Source: Lama glama (Eukaryota). From it: a DNA stretch of 64,000 nucleotides. Positions 11,587 through 24,920 of the stretch are shown here, piece after piece (the first letter of the stretch is position 1; every line of letters begins with the position of its first letter). Both the position numbers and the translations under genes were made by a program. The stretch is taken from positions 1,922,001 to 1,986,000 of the forward strand of contig CM052851.1 of the NCBI GenBank assembly GCA_028534125.1, given 5' to 3'. Under the pieces are notes generated by a model, which saw only the letters and a program-made list of their open reading frames with translations, made no database searches and was not told the origin of the DNA.

Positions 11587-13802
11587 CTAGAAAAAAACCA
11601 GAAGACAGACGTTACGCTGGCAACCAAAACCTCTTAACAGCCCACACCAGAAGCTCAGCTGAGATAAACCGGGTATGTAACAACCCGAGGTTTCCAGTGG
11701 GAGTCGCCCGAGCTTCGTGCCTCTCCACTGCCCCCAACTCCAGGGCCCGCAGGCCCGGCTGGCGCAGGCCGCTCTAAGGAAAGGACTCACAAAAGCTTCA
11801 AGTATTAACAGGGGGAAAGGTGCACCGAGTGCCCCAGACTGTGGGTTTTTCAGGGCATCTGTGTTTTAAGTGGAGTTTTAACTCATGTCCTGTGCACATG
11901 ATGATCCAGTAGAGAAAGAGGAAAATCTCGTTGGTTTGTTTTTAACCGGAGGTAATGGGGAGGGAGCCCGGGGCCTCGTGTGTGCGGCGCATGCGCTCCG
12001 CCACTGAGCTCCACCCTCCCCTCAAGAGGAAGCTCTGTAAGCCTCGTAAGACCTGGGTGTGAGTGACTTGCGGCATCTCAGCTTGGCTGAAACTGCACCT
12101 CTGCTTGTTGGCAAAGGAAAGAGAGAACGGTGCTGACGCGCTCCTCCACAGAATGAGAACCCCCCGGGCAGGACGCTGCTGCTCACAGTCAGGGAGACTT
12201 ACTTTCCACACACACGGCCACACAGACCTGGGTGCCGAAGTAGGGCCCAGCCCGGAACCAGGTGTGACAGGAAAGAGACCGAACACCAAGCTCAGGGAAG
12301 CCCAGTGGCACTTGAGCTCAGAACCCCAACCTCCACCGGAAGTGGAGCCCCAGCTGGGCTCAGCCCGGCCTGTCTACCCTCTCGTGAGCCCCTGTGATGG
12401 AGGCCTGTCCCCGGGGAGCCAGCGCAGAGAGGCAGCACTGGCCGATCACGAGGACACTGAGTGCTGGGCGTGGGCGCCCCTGCTCCACAGGCTGCTCAAG
12501 ACGCCGGCTCGGCGGCTCTGGCCTGGCAGCCAGCAATCAGCCCCCAGACCTTCCTCATTTGACTGCTGGACTGGACTGGTTTTGCAGGATTAAAGACTAC
12601 AGGGCGCTGGACTAGCCATCCCGTTACATCCGTTTCATCAATTTTGATTTTCCCCCAGACTACCCCTCCCCCACTGTCACCCTCCATCACGGAGCCAGGC
12701 TTGACGCCGTGTTTACGTGATCACTCTGCAAGCAGCTACGCTGAGGCATCATCGACATGCCATACAATTCACCTCCAAGCAGTCACCAGTGACTTCGGGT
12801 GCCTTTCTAGAGCTGATTGTGCAGCCACGGCAGGTCAGTTTTAGATTCCCCAAAATCACCTCCTAAATCCGCTTGAATTCACTTGATTCCATTTCAGTTT
12901 TATTACTTATTTAAGACTTCCAACAAAGCCACCGAACTTAGGACTCAAAGCTCCTCTGCTTCACGGAGAATGCACACCGGTAACATCCAACGTGCCGACG
13001 TGAGGCTCCAAAAGGGATATTCCCCAAAAAGGGTATTTCAGAACTAAATTTATGACCGTTCTTATGCCCAAACGAATACACACTTGTACCCTCTAGGTTC
13101 AAAGACAAATCACAGAAAACAGTCACCTCAGTAAAAACCAGTGGACTGAGAGCTGAAGGGCAGCCTGGCAACACGGCACAAGGGCCAGACTCCCGGGTGA
13201 AGCCACCCTGTGACCCCAGGACCAACAGCCCAAAGGTTCCTACGGCAGTTACCTATGGCAGAGCCAGCATTTCTTTATTTCAAACTGTATTTTGCTCGTG
13301 GAAAATAAAGAGAAAAAGGTTTTTCCTCATTTCTGTATTTCAGCACTGCCAGCTGGGCTGGCCCCCAAGCCCTCGAGGTCAGGAGACGACGTGAGGGCTC
13401 CGAGCAGCTTCCCTCCAATCCAGGGGCTCAGCCTCTCCTGGCGTGAAGCCCCAGCTCTACTTCACTGGGGGAGGGGGTTCCCAGCTGTGACTCTGCCCAA
13501 AGTCTGCGTCTGTCACAAGCTATAGATTCCCAAACCCCTGAAGCTCTGTATCCAGGCACGCAGGAACACAAAGAAACAATCTGAGAAAGAGAGGGGTGGG
13601 TAGATGATCTGAAAGCGGAGCCCACGTGACCAGAGCCCCACCCCGCCATCCACAAGCCTGTGTCCCTGCACCCCTGCTGCCGGCACAGCCACTGCCCCTT
13701 TACCGCCACGCTGGCCTGAGGACCGGGACCCAACCTCCTGAGGGTACCTGTCATTCTATGTGAGTGTGCAGCCAGGAGTCACCCAACGCCCAGCCAGCTC
13801 AC

Positions 13803-13948
13803 CTTTCAGAGGACTGAAGAAGTTGAAAAAAGAATCGTTGGGGACTTGTTTGGTGATTGTTCTGACGGTGCCTCGACCCTTGTGTTTCTGCTTTTTCTTG
13901 ATGGTTTTGACTGTCACGTTCTTCCCCTTCTTCCAGTCAATAGTGCAC
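13803..13948 (-). CDS. NAP1L4: NAP1L4 exon 10, CTIDWKKGKNVTVKTIKKKQKHKGRGTVRTITKQVPNDSFFNFFSPLK
   Basis: 146 nt, gtag|G TGC...AAA G|gtgag; NAP signature SFFNFF and a basic NLS-like segment. Confidence 0.97.
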
Positions 13949-15250
13949 CTACAGGGACAAGACCACAGTCATGAGGACACACTCCATGAGAAAAACCGGT
14001 TCATGTGTGCACAGAAAGCCAATCACAGCTCTCTGCTTAAACTGCAAAACTTAACAGCCTGCAAGTAAGCGTCCCACACGCCTGCGAAGCCCCTTTGGAG
14101 GTCGGTGAAGGAGGGGCACACGGCCCTGGGCCACGGGCAAAGCTTTATGCCCCTGCAAGTCACTTCTGGCGGGGGGGGGGGGCGTGATGATCCTGCTGTG
14201 GCCGTGCCTGGTCCAGGCCAGGCAGAGGGCCCAGTGTGAGGCTCTCGGGCTGGTCACCTGCTGCCCCTGACAGACCCCAACAGACCCCACAGTGCACACG
14301 AAGCCACCCACTCAGGGAGCCGAATTCACAAGGCAACTAAGTGAGGGAGACAGGTTGGAGAAAGCAAACAGGCGGCCACTGCTATACTGATGGCCACTGT
14401 GGGCCACACCGGTTCCGGGAGTGCTGGGCGGTCCCCGACTGGGCTGAGCACGGACGGCTGCTTAAGTCTTTGAACCACCGTGGACCAACAGGTGACACCT
14501 GGCGGTATCTGACTAGCGTCCTCCTGAGAGCACACTGGAAAGCCAGGTCGCTGTCTCACAGGGTGGCCTGGCCCAGGGAAGTGACCTTTCTGAATGAGTC
14601 CAGCTATTCGAGTCTAGTAGGATTTGAATAAAGTTCTGTGTTGCTCAAACAGGGAAGTTCATAAGGGTAAGTGCTGGGCTCAGTGAATGAAGGTAACTGT
14701 TTCAATGAGGAATAGAACAATTTCCCAAAACATCCCAAACCAACTAGGGGAACGAACTCCAAGCCATCCTCTCCTCTGAATGAGTCCAGACTGAAATCGC
14801 CAAGTTGCCTGGTCATGAGGCAAACAACAGTTAAACTGCCCACCAACACCAAGAGCAAGCAGCTGAGCAGCACAGCCCGGTACTGACTCAGCCGTTCACT
14901 CGACACACGGTTGCGGGAGGAATCTATTAGCTCGCTGGGCACCGCTTCATTTCAGGGGACCAGAAAACCCACTCCCCTCATTAAAGTGCGGAAACTGGGC
15001 CACTGCCCCAAACCGTGGCCCACATACCACAAAGTACATGTCCCATGAGGCCATCACATGCCCAGACAGGAAGACTCTTTCTTTCTTTTTTTTTTCTAGG
15101 AAGACCTTTTCTTGCACATTTTTGTCTAGTGGGCTTTTCAGCAGATTAAAGGCTTTTTGCTTTATTCCTAACTTCTGCCTTACTTGTAAAGTTCTAAAAC
15201 CATCTCGGGCTTTTCTTTCAGAGAAAGAAGTGGGAACAGCATTTTCTTAC

Positions 15251-15390
15251 CCGTCACAGTCCACAATCTCAGGCCCTTCAAAGGAAAAGGGGTCGGCCTT
15301 GTCCGGCTCTGACTTCATCTTGTATGTTTTTGTCAGGACTGAATTGGTAAAGTAGTCGTTGGGTTCAAAGTGGAACTCTAATACAAAAGA
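15251..15390 (-). CDS. NAP1L4: NAP1L4 exon 9, SFVLEFHFEPNDYFTNSVLTKTYKMKSEPDKADPFSFEGPEIVDCD(G)
   Basis: 140 nt, ttttcag|TCT...GAC GG|gtaag. Confidence 0.97.
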
Positions 15391-16304
15391 CTGAAAACAA
15401 AAACTTGGGGTGAGCACCACACAAAATCTATAAACTACAGACTTCATGAACCGCCCAGAACTTACTGGAACCCAGCCCCCTCCCCAAGCAGGACACCACA
15501 GGCAGGAACCATCACCGAGAAGCTCACAGGTGTGGCCACGTCACCAGAAAAACGTCTCTGCTGCAAAAACACCAGCCCAAAGGTAAGACAGAAACGGCAT
15601 CGGGGGAAATACCAACCACCCCTCAGGCGCAAGCGGGGGCTCCCTGGGGGGGACGAGCTCTTCTGCGGGATCCAGCTTCTCGCCGCCGCCGCCCTGCCCC
15701 TCCCTGCCCGTGGCCACGGCAGGGCGGGGCTCCGGAGGCAGAGAGGGCAGAAGCAGCGCAGTCTTCCGCCGCCAGAGGCCCCGAGACGCAGGCAGAACAT
15801 CTGCTTTGCCGGCAAAGCGCAAGACTCAACGTGGGGGGGGTAAGAGGAGGCACGGACTGGGCCTCTTCAAACACCCCGAGGACAAGCCCACCCTCACTCA
15901 GAGCGCCCTGCAGACCTAGGGACACGCAAGGGGGACGGGAGGGGCGCTGCACAAAGCAGCGGGTGCAAGCCAGACGGCAGCAGAAAGACGCCCAAGCTCA
16001 CGAGGAACAAAGCAAACGAAAAACAAAACGAGAAGCCCCCCCTTCTGGGCAAAATGTCCAGAGACTGTGTAGTGCTGGAAGCAAGGTGCACTCACACACT
16101 GCAGAGGGCTTTGTGAAGGGCAATTCAGCAACGCCAAAAATGAACAATGCAAATGACGTCCCGGGACTCGGTAATTCTACTCTGAGGAACCCGTCCTGTT
16201 TGCAAAGGACGCCTGGACGGACGCAGCCACTTATGCAAAGACACCCACCTCGGCCCTGTTTATAAAGGATCAGAGACAACCTGGGCGTGCGAATTAGTCT
16301 ACAC

Positions 16305-16470
16305 GGCCGGCTCTGGGTTCAGACAGCCTGGATTCAAATCCCACCTCTGCCCGTTGGGTGCTGCGTGATTCTGCAAAGTTATTTAGTATGTTAAAGTGTG
16401 TTATATATAAAGTGTATAAAATATATGAAGTGTGTTAGTATCCTTGTCTGCAAAATGGAATAAAAGTTCT
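16305..16470 (+). mobile_element. MIR SINE remnant
   Basis: ggctctgggttcagacagcctggattcaaatcccacctctgcc ... ccttgtctgcaaaatggaataa matches the MIR core pattern. Confidence 0.6.
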
Positions 16471-16935
16471 CTCTCTGAGCCGACTGGAGAACTCCTCTAC
16501 AGGAGCACTGAGGGCAGGGCCAGGCCCACAGGCAACACCTGCTGGAAGTCGGCTATTTTGTTATAATGACACAACTATCACTTGGGGAAAAAAGTTTAAA
16601 AAGACTGAAAACAAACCATGTTCACAAGGGAAGTGAAAAAAGAACTCTCCCAAGAAGGGGTGGAGGGAGGAAGGGCCAGTCACAGGAGGGCAGGGGATTG
16701 GGGCAGTCCAGTCAGTGTCCAGAGGGGCCGGAGCAGCCGGCTGTGGCCTGGCCTCTGCCGGGGTGGCGCGGCCGGGGAGGGGGTGAGCAGCTACGGGGAA
16801 CAACATCAGCAGGCCCGGCTCCACGCCTCTCCCGACCCTGACCCCAGCCCCCTTCCAAACCTGATCTTTATGTTGGGTTTGAGAAAAACCAGGGTAAAGA
16901 CGGAAGGCAAGGAGGCCGCCAATGTAGAGGCTGAT

Positions 16936-17079
16936 GGGGGGAGGGTGTAGCTCAGTGGTAGAGCACGTGCTTACCACACACGAGGTCCTGGGTTCAATCC
17001 CAGGTAGGTAAATAAACCTAATTACGCCCCCAAAATAATTATAAAATAAATAAGATTTTAAAAATAAATTTTAAAAAAA
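16936..17079 (+). mobile_element. Camelid tRNA-derived SINE (Vic-1-like)
   Basis: GGGGAGGGTGTAGCTCAGTGGTAGAGC (A box), GGTTCAATCC (B box), aaacctaattac motif, A-rich tail. Confidence 0.85.
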
Positions 17080-18969
17080 GCTTAAAAGTTGGAGACTGCT
17101 TCGCTTGGGAGCGGCCCGGGACTGTGGCCGCAGGTGTGCGCGGGCAGCCTGGGGCTGCTCCGACCGTCCTCCCTTACTACCCCACCTTCTGTACAGACGG
17201 AGCTCTCCGCTTCCCCTCCTCCCCGTTTCCTCACCTGCCATCTCCCCAAAGCAAGGGCGCTACCGCCTTCCTTCGTAGTCTCCTTTCTTTCCTGTCCCGA
17301 GCCCTGTTTAGTCACCAGTAAGCCAAGTGCAAGTGGGGCTGATTTAAAGACAGCATTTACTCCAACAGAAAAGGGCCAAGTTCAAGGCGACCTTGCCTAC
17401 AGCCAAGTCAGCCGTGAGCAGAGGGCAGACGCCCAAACACACGCGGAGCTAAGGGTAAAATTCCATCTCTTCTGTCCCGCAAAGTGACACACTTGCCACT
17501 GTCTGTGCCAGCACTCAGGCTGAGGAGACCAGGAGGTGGTCTCCAGCCAGCAACGCCCATGGGGCAAAGCAGGCAACTCAAGTCTGGGGTCTCTGCACCG
17601 CTGCTGCAGCTCTGCTCTAAGCGCGACAAAAAAGATTATTACAAAAAAGAAAGTGTAAAAAAAACACTAACATCATCAGAAAGTAAACCGAACAATGGCT
17701 AGGCCTTATAACATTCGTCTCCTTTGACCCAGTAATTACACTCAAAGGAACCTGAACTGAGGAAACCACCAGAAATTCAAACAAAAGCCTGGGGTTCAAG
17801 TAAGCCGATCATAATGCATCGATTTAGAACGGGGTGGTGGCGGTAGTGGCACATCTGGGGAAATGTTAAATAGATCTGTTTACAGCCAACAGATACGACA
17901 GCTCCTGCCCACCCCACAGTCTGCAGGGCAAGGAAGGAGCAGCGTCACGCTGCCCACAGGCCCTCACGCTGTCACTCCACTGTGCTAAGGCGATGAGCAC
18001 GGTGAGCTGGGGGTGGCCACGGGGCCGGGGCTGAGGGACGACCACCCTGGCAGTGTTTCACCCGGAAGCTAGGTGGCTTCCTTTCATTTTCTTTGTAACT
18101 TTAATGTCTCAGCTGTTTCACAGTAACCTGTAAAAGGGTGGACTGTGGGGAAGCTCACTGAGCTGCTGGTAGTCACTTCCAGAAGACAGAGGTCTGCACA
18201 GTGCTCAGCACACTTCTCCGTCTTGTCCCAGTCTTCTTACAGGAAGCACACACGACTTTCACAGTGTGCGCGGGGAAGCAGCAGGAACACCAGCCTGGCT
18301 CAGAGTCTGGAGCCTCCCGCGGCTGGGGCTCCACCCACCTACGAGCCACTGAACAGGACGAGGGGAACCGGCACAGGCTGGGAGGGAAAGGAAACGGGCC
18401 GAGGGGATCCAAACAGGCATCCGACAAGAGCAAACGAAGGGGAAGAGGAAACGATCCCTAGGAGAAATTGGTCATCACGTCTGGGTCAGCCACAGGTGAG
18501 GAAAACGCACAGAGAATCTTACAACAGCGCCCGCGCGCACAGCCCGATGGGGAAAGCAAGACACCCCATCGCAGCAAAGGCAGCGCACTGCCGCGAGGTG
18601 CCGCCAGGGGGCGCACCGGCCAAGCCCTGCACAGAGAGGGGCGCATGTGGGAGAAGCAGCTAGGAACAACCTGGGTGCCGCGGGAAAGAGGGGCCCCTCA
18701 GCTACCAGAGTGGCCCCAACCTGTGAGCAGGCACCACGCTGGCCGGTGCCCGTGCCCCACCCGCAGAGGGATAGCTGAATGCCACCTCCCAAAGTAGAGC
18801 AGACTCAGACAGGGACAGGGACAGGGGTGTGGCCCCTGCTCCTGCCCCCAGCAGGAACCACCTGCAGCACCAGGAGAGAGAAATCCCACTCACACTGCTC
18901 TGCAGGGAAGGAACCACGCCCAGGTTCCCGTCTCCCATCCCAAGATGCCAAAGTTACAGCCCTCAGGCA

Positions 18970-19092
18970 CTGTGTCCCCACGAGCTGAGACTGAGAGCCA
19001 CCAGTCAGTCAGTCATGTGCCGCTGGAACTACTGTCGCACCGGAATGGAACCCACCAGCCACAGGCAGACCAGCAGGTCACGAACAGTGCAT
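18970..19092 (-). ncRNA. SNORA54: H/ACA box snoRNA SNORA54 (ACA54) in NAP1L4 intron 8
   Basis: 123 nt with two hairpins, H box ACAGTA (19035-19030) and ACA (18975-18973) 3 nt from the end. Sequence GCACTGTTCGT...GGGTTCCATTCCGGTGC...CATGACTGACTGACTGGTGGC matches recalled SNORA54, whose known host is NAP1L4. Confidence 0.92.
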
Positions 19093-19682
19093 GCCACCCA
19101 GGTCCAGCTCTCCTACTGCAGCCACTGAGACTGAGCTGCACGCCGTGGGACGTGCTCTGCAACGCTGTGTCTCATGACAGCAGGGAAACGTTTTCCCAGC
19201 GTTAACGACCTGCAGCTGCTTCTACAACTGAACCCTAGCAGGCTTCTTTCACTAGCACCTTGGGCTTCCGTCACAGGCTGCTTCTATCTGAGTCCACACC
19301 TACCACCCTCCCCTGCCTGTTCTGTATACCTCAGATCCTCACAGACCTGGGACACTGAGGAAAAGGATGACACCACCCTGCTCGACCGAGGAAACAAATC
19401 AGCTTGGAGAGAGAGCGTGGCACAGCGGACACCACGGCTGAGGAGTCCCACCCTGCATCTGCCGCCTGCACCTGCCACCCAGCAGCTGGTGGCCTGGGTT
19501 ACCTGTCAGGCTGTGCACATGCTGGGCGAGGCCCAGAAAGGCCATCTGAGAGTAAGCGTCGCATCCAAGTCGCCCAACAAGTGAGTGGCCAGGTTTGGAT
19601 TTCCTGCCCTGGCTCCAAGCCCTTTACTCAGTGCCCCAATCCCTTCTCATACCAACCAGGAGTTCAAACCATCAGGACTCAC

Positions 19683-19754
19683 CATAGGCTGTCCAGGCTC
19701 TGAGAACTTCACCTTGATATCCTGCAGGTGTTTCAAGATTGGCTCATCATATTC
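19683..19754 (-). CDS. NAP1L4: NAP1L4 exon 8, EYDEPILKHLQDIKVKFSEPGQPM
   Basis: 72 nt, ttcag|GAA...ATG|gtgag. Confidence 0.96.
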
Positions 19755-20516
19755 CTGAACATAAAGAGAAAAAAGAAACCTCCAGTGGGCTTTCTAAAAA
19801 CAGCACACACGTTCTCATCAAGTGGCTGCTGCGTGTACTCCAAGACACCGGAGAGTCAGCCCCGTTGGAATCCTGTCCTCGCCACTCCCGGGAAGTCAAC
19901 AAAGTTTGTCCACCGCCGTCCAGTCGTAGGCTGGCAGCAACGAGGTGCCACGCTGTACGGCACGGAGCACTGGTAACATCAGTGCCACACAGGAAGGCCA
20001 AGGGCCCTGCCTGCCCTCACGCCAGCGCCACTGCACACGGGGTCAGAAATGCCACCAACCTAGACCGGTGGTCCTCAGCACCTCTGAAGGGACAGCATCA
20101 GAGGACATGCCTAGACAAGCTACTGACCTTGGCAGCCAAGCCATTCCTGCTCATGGCACGTGGCAATAAATATCCAAAATCCAACCACATAGTTACTCAC
20201 AGTCAGGGCCACTTACAGGGGGTGTCCGAGACCTCAGTGACAGGCATTCTGTAGGGGCCCTATGCTTTTATATGTCGTCATCACACAAATTCAGAAGTTT
20301 GCCAGGGCCTGTCATTTGTAAAGTCCAAATGAGAAAAATTCGGGGGGAAAAAGAAATCACGAGACCGGAAGCCGGTGACCGCTTACTAACGATGACTGCT
20401 TCATCCGTAAAGCAGTTACTTCTCTGCCCTTGAAGTCTGGGGCTGGACCTAGTGATTTCCGTTACGGTCTAAGAACCGAGTCTGATCACCACCAACTTTA
20501 AATTCCTTGGACATTA

Positions 20517-20901
20517 CAGGCACACCTCGCTCTATCGTGCTTCACAAATACATAAATACAAATACATATATATTTTTTTCTCCCAAATTGAAGGTTTGTG
20601 GAAACTCTCTTGTCAGATGAAGGTTAGCACTTTCCAGCAATAAAGTGCTTTTACATTAAGGAATGCACAGTGACACGCTACTGTACACTTCAGTACAAAA
20701 GCCAGAAACGCGACACAGCAGAACAAAATGTAAGGTACACGCACCGTCTTTCAGACATGTTACCGCACACTTACGAGGTTAAGTGTGCACGCAGCTTGCA
20801 CGTACCCTGGGAAACCAAACCCTCGTGTGGCTCACTTTCATGCTACATCTGCTTCCCTGCAGCGGTCCGAACCAAAGCCACGCCTCCCCGCGGTGTGCCC
20901 A
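20517..20901 (+). mobile_element. Internally deleted Tigger1-type (TcMar) DNA transposon
   Basis: TA|CAGGCACACCTCG terminus and caaattgaaggtttgtgg motif; degenerate right end ...cggtccgaacc...cggtgtgccc. Confidence 0.7.
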
Positions 20902-21879
20902 TCTAGCACAAAACAAGCAGCAGCCCCAAAGGCACCCAGCAGGTCTCCAGACGGAAAGCAGCCCAGACGGTTCTCAAAGAAGGCCGCATCAGTATGAGGC
21001 GTCAGGTCCCAAACTCCAGAACCAGGAACCACTTGGCCCTAAGGCTGCAGCCTGCCCACCTGGCACACACGGCTAGTTCTTAACGCTCCAAGATGCACGT
21101 GTCACTGTATGCATTCCATACGTGGCACAGGGATCTTCAAACTCAGCCCAGGCAAACCAGCAGCACCCATTGGTGTTTTCCCAAATTCATGAAATAACCA
21201 TCATGTTCTTAATTTCCTCAACGAGCCATGTACCGTGCGGGCCAAGAACTTTCTGTGGCCCAGAGCATAATGGAAAGCCCTAGGTTAGCAGACTCATAAC
21301 TATGGACCCTAAGGGCCAACAGTGGAAGCAACTCAGGGACTGAGACTTAAAGCTGCCCCTTCCCCAAGTTTCAAAGCCTTACTTGTGGAGTCTGCACTTT
21401 GGCCGCCCCCAGACAGAGGAGCCAGGGGCCAGGGGCCGGGGGCCGGGCCTGTCTTCAGGACCTAACGTTTGACCAGCAGGGAACCTCCCACCATTACCTG
21501 CTTCAGGCTATAAACAGCCTGAGCCACACTTCATCACCCTCTGCACACTGAGGGAGTTCTCGGAAAACACCACCCTGTCTTTTCAGAGCCGTAACACAAA
21601 GCGGAGGGAGACGCTCTGCGGCATAAATACTGAAGTGCAGACATGGACACAGAGGTGCTGGGAGAACGGAGCAGACACCTCATCAAAACACAGCCACCTG
21701 TGCTGCCACCCCCAAGCCAAGGACAGGCTACACACAAAGCAGCTGCTCTCATCACTGGCTCCCACCTGACCAGCTGGCCACGCAGCACCAGAGTCGGGTC
21801 ACCCAGTCAAGTCACCTGACCAGCACCGAAAAACCGACTTCATGGCAATCCTGCCGCCACTCAGTGTGCCCCCGACCTG

Positions 21880-22180
21880 CAGCAGGGCCATCACCTGGGG
21901 GCACATCAGAAATGCAGACCCTCAGGTCCCACCAAGACCTGATTCAGAACCTGCATTTTCATGGGATGCCCAGGTGCTGGGTACACCCATGACAGTTCCA
22001 TCCCTCTCTCCGTCTGCTCTGCTAGTGGGGGGATTTTCAACCCTTAGTGCACGTCAGAAACACGCGGGAGCCTCTCCAAACACGGCGAGCTCTTTCTGAC
22101 GTGCGGCAGGGGAGACACTGACGCTACTCAGTTTTAGAAGCTGCCCAGGTGATTCTCACAGTCAGGCTGAGAACCAGGCT
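21880..22180. mobile_element. MER5-like hAT-Charlie fragments
   Basis: catcacctggg...agaaatgcagaccctcaggtcccacc...cagaacctgcattt and cccaggtgattct...ctgagaacca motifs. Confidence 0.6.
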
Positions 22181-23228
22181 TTGGTGCGTGCTATTCACGT
22201 TTTCCAGTAAATTTCTCGCTCAGACATTCTTTTAAATGGTCTAGTTTTCTCAAGCCCCACTATTTCCTATGAAAAAGGACACTCAGACAAGAAAACACAG
22301 GCTATCCTAAGTCATGTATTTTAAATGTTCCGCGAGCTTGGAAGGAGAGCAGGAAACTCGTCCCGCCCATCCTTTCTTAACTTCCAGCCTTCGGATAGGC
22401 ATTAAAAGAGGCGGGCAAGAAAGGCAGTGACGTGGCAAGTTTCTGGAACCATCACAACTGCGGTAGCGCCATCTGCAGGCCACACGCTGACACGGAAGCA
22501 CCGTGCAGATCTGACCGGATGAAGCCCGAAAGCAGAGACGACCATCTCTGTGGGCTTCTGAGCAGGATCTTTTTCTGAATTTTGGAAACTTCTACCGTAA
22601 CTCAGTTCAGGGAAAGTTACATTTGTTGCCTTTCAACTGCTTCCCATTTCACTGTAGAAAGCCTAACACAACAAGATAAAAACAGAAGGCTCAGCTATTC
22701 CCATTAAAACAGAACTAGAGAGGTTTTCAAGTGAGACGATCAGAACACGTGAGGAACTTGCTGTGTATTTATACGACCGGCAGCACCGCACGACAGGCCC
22801 ATTCTGAGTTTCAAAAACCACTGAGAAACATCCAGGGTCTGTTCGCTCCACTAAAATTGCAAATGCAGTAAATTTCAGAAATCATCCCAGAGCAGTCCGA
22901 GCCTGCACCAGCAAGAGCATGTGTGCAGGTCTCCCATCTCACACCTCCCGCCGGCTCGGGTCACAGTGAGGTGGAACAGGGCCCTGAGCACGCCTCCTGG
23001 GGCGCTGGGCGCAGGTGCTGAGCGGCAGCCCCCCCCCCAGGACCGCGGTCCCGGCAGCTCGCAGGGCGGGCTCCGGCCGTAACCACGCCTCCCGGCGGGA
23101 CCCGCACTGTCTGGGCTGCTGGTCACAGGAGGTGCCCTCCCACCCGTAATCAACAACTGCTGAACACCCTGTAGAGTGGTTCGCAGATTTAAGCCTGCCA
23201 GCCCTCTGTGAGGTGGACATGCGCCCAC

Positions 23229-23363
23229 CTGGACGAGCTCACTGAGCATGTCGACATTCCTGAAGATGGTGAACCAGAACTCCGGGATTCCTCTGGGGTT
23301 TGGCTCTTCTGCTGCTGCTGCTGCTTCTTTTTCTGCTATGACTACTTTGTTTTTCATGTCCCC
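23229..23363 (-). CDS. NAP1L4: NAP1L4 exon 7, GDMKNKVVIAEKEAAAAAEEPNPRGIPEFWFTIFRNVDMLSELVQ
   Basis: 135 nt, tttttttttaag|GGG...CAG|gtggg; NAP motif GIPEFW. Confidence 0.96.
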
Positions 23364-24601
23364 CTTAAAAAAAAAGTAAAATAAAACACCACAAAGTAAC
23401 AAGTTTACAAATAACCCAATGGCTTAATACAAAACATTATTTCAAAATCCCATGTAAACTTCTAACAAAAGTTGTCCTTCGAATTTTCGCCTCTAAGACC
23501 CACTGTGCCCATCACAATTTCAAACGATTCCAAGAAGAAAGGCGTTCCATCCAGGAGTAACTTCATGCTTCAATGTCAGATCAAGGGGAAGAAGCTGAAT
23601 CAAGAGCTGGTATGATGCCCCCCATCTGGGAAAGGCCGTCTAGTGCCGGCTCGGAGACACCCATCTCGGGGCAGGCAGCACCGACGTGCGCCCCAGCCAC
23701 GCTGCACACCCGCCTACACGGAGGGAGAGGTCAGGACGGAGGCACAAGGCAGACACAGGGCGGTGACAGGAAAGGCCCTGTGGCCACGAGGAGGGGAGTC
23801 TTTTCCAACATCACAGCCTTGACACGATTCTTAGAGAAAATGATTACAGGGGTGTTTGAATTAACAGAGGCAGATTTTCCTCAAGCAACAAAGACTGGCT
23901 CATAACTACATGGATACACCAGCATGGCTTCAACTATGCCAGATTTTTAAAGGATCAAGAACATACGTGGCTACCAAAACTAACATTATACACTTTCAAA
24001 AATCTCTAAGAATTTATATTATAGAACAAAAACAGCTACTTGTCTCCCAAACATAAAATCAGGCTGACAAAGTTCACCCTGCCATGCTGGGACTCCCCAC
24101 GGCACTGGAATGATACTTGTCACCAGAAAAAGGCTGTAAGCAGGTGACCGACAGACAGGGCACATCACCGAAAGGACGTGGAACCCAGCAACCTAGAGCA
24201 GCGAAGTGCACCTGGCTACGGCGCTGGCACTGCTGGTCCCTGAGCAGGACGGCTCCGACATCTTCGGTGTGCTCTCCCCGGGCGGGTCTTTGCTCTTTCA
24301 ACTAAGACTTCTCCTGATGGTTCCATCTCTGTTCCCCTGGTCCCTTAGCTCATTGTACTACTGTGCAGAGTCGTCACAGGTGACTTGAGTCTGGTCCGTC
24401 ACACTGACAGACAGAACCCAGTCCAGTGCCAGGCCTGCAGGCTGCTCAGTTCCACTGCCATAAAGGAACATGAACACCCAGCCTGCAGCTGGAGCAGCAC
24501 CTGCTGCCAGCAGCTCTCTCCCACAGCTCAAAGCCACTGAAACTATCCTATTTCTAGCAGCACTGGAACAGAACACAAGTTGCACTCATTAGGAAACTTA
24601 C

Positions 24602-24688
24602 AGCCAGCTTGTCCTCCTCTTCATTCTCACTGTGCCACTCGGACTCTGCGTCTGTGGGCTCAGCATCACCGGTGACGAACTCCCTTCT
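24602..24688 (-). CDS. NAP1L4: NAP1L4 exon 6, RREFVTGDAEPTDAESEWHSENEEEDKLA
   Basis: 87 nt, cttag|AGA...GCT|gtaag. Confidence 0.96.
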
Positions 24689-24920
24689 CTAAGTGAAAAC
24701 GAAACCTTCTGAGTTACGTTCAGTTACTCACACAATCGAGAGCTAAGACAACGAGACTGTAAATGAAGTGTGGGGAAACGGAGTGCTTTTATAACTTATC
24801 TTAGGATTCTAAGTTTCAGGGCTCCAAGAATAATATCCAGTGATTCACTGGGTATATCTGATGTTTCACCTAAAGGAAGATTTGAAATACACTGATTAAA
24901 TTTTTCAGCAGAGCCCCTAC

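Noticed and set aside
16936-17005. tRNA-like sequences (also at 30951, 41568, 43113 and 61447)
   Set aside because: They are SINE heads followed by A-rich tails, several with TSDs; not tRNA genes.
21425-21447. GGGGCC(A/G) repeats with G-quadruplex potential
   Set aside because: Short, and common in sequence of this composition; no supporting context.
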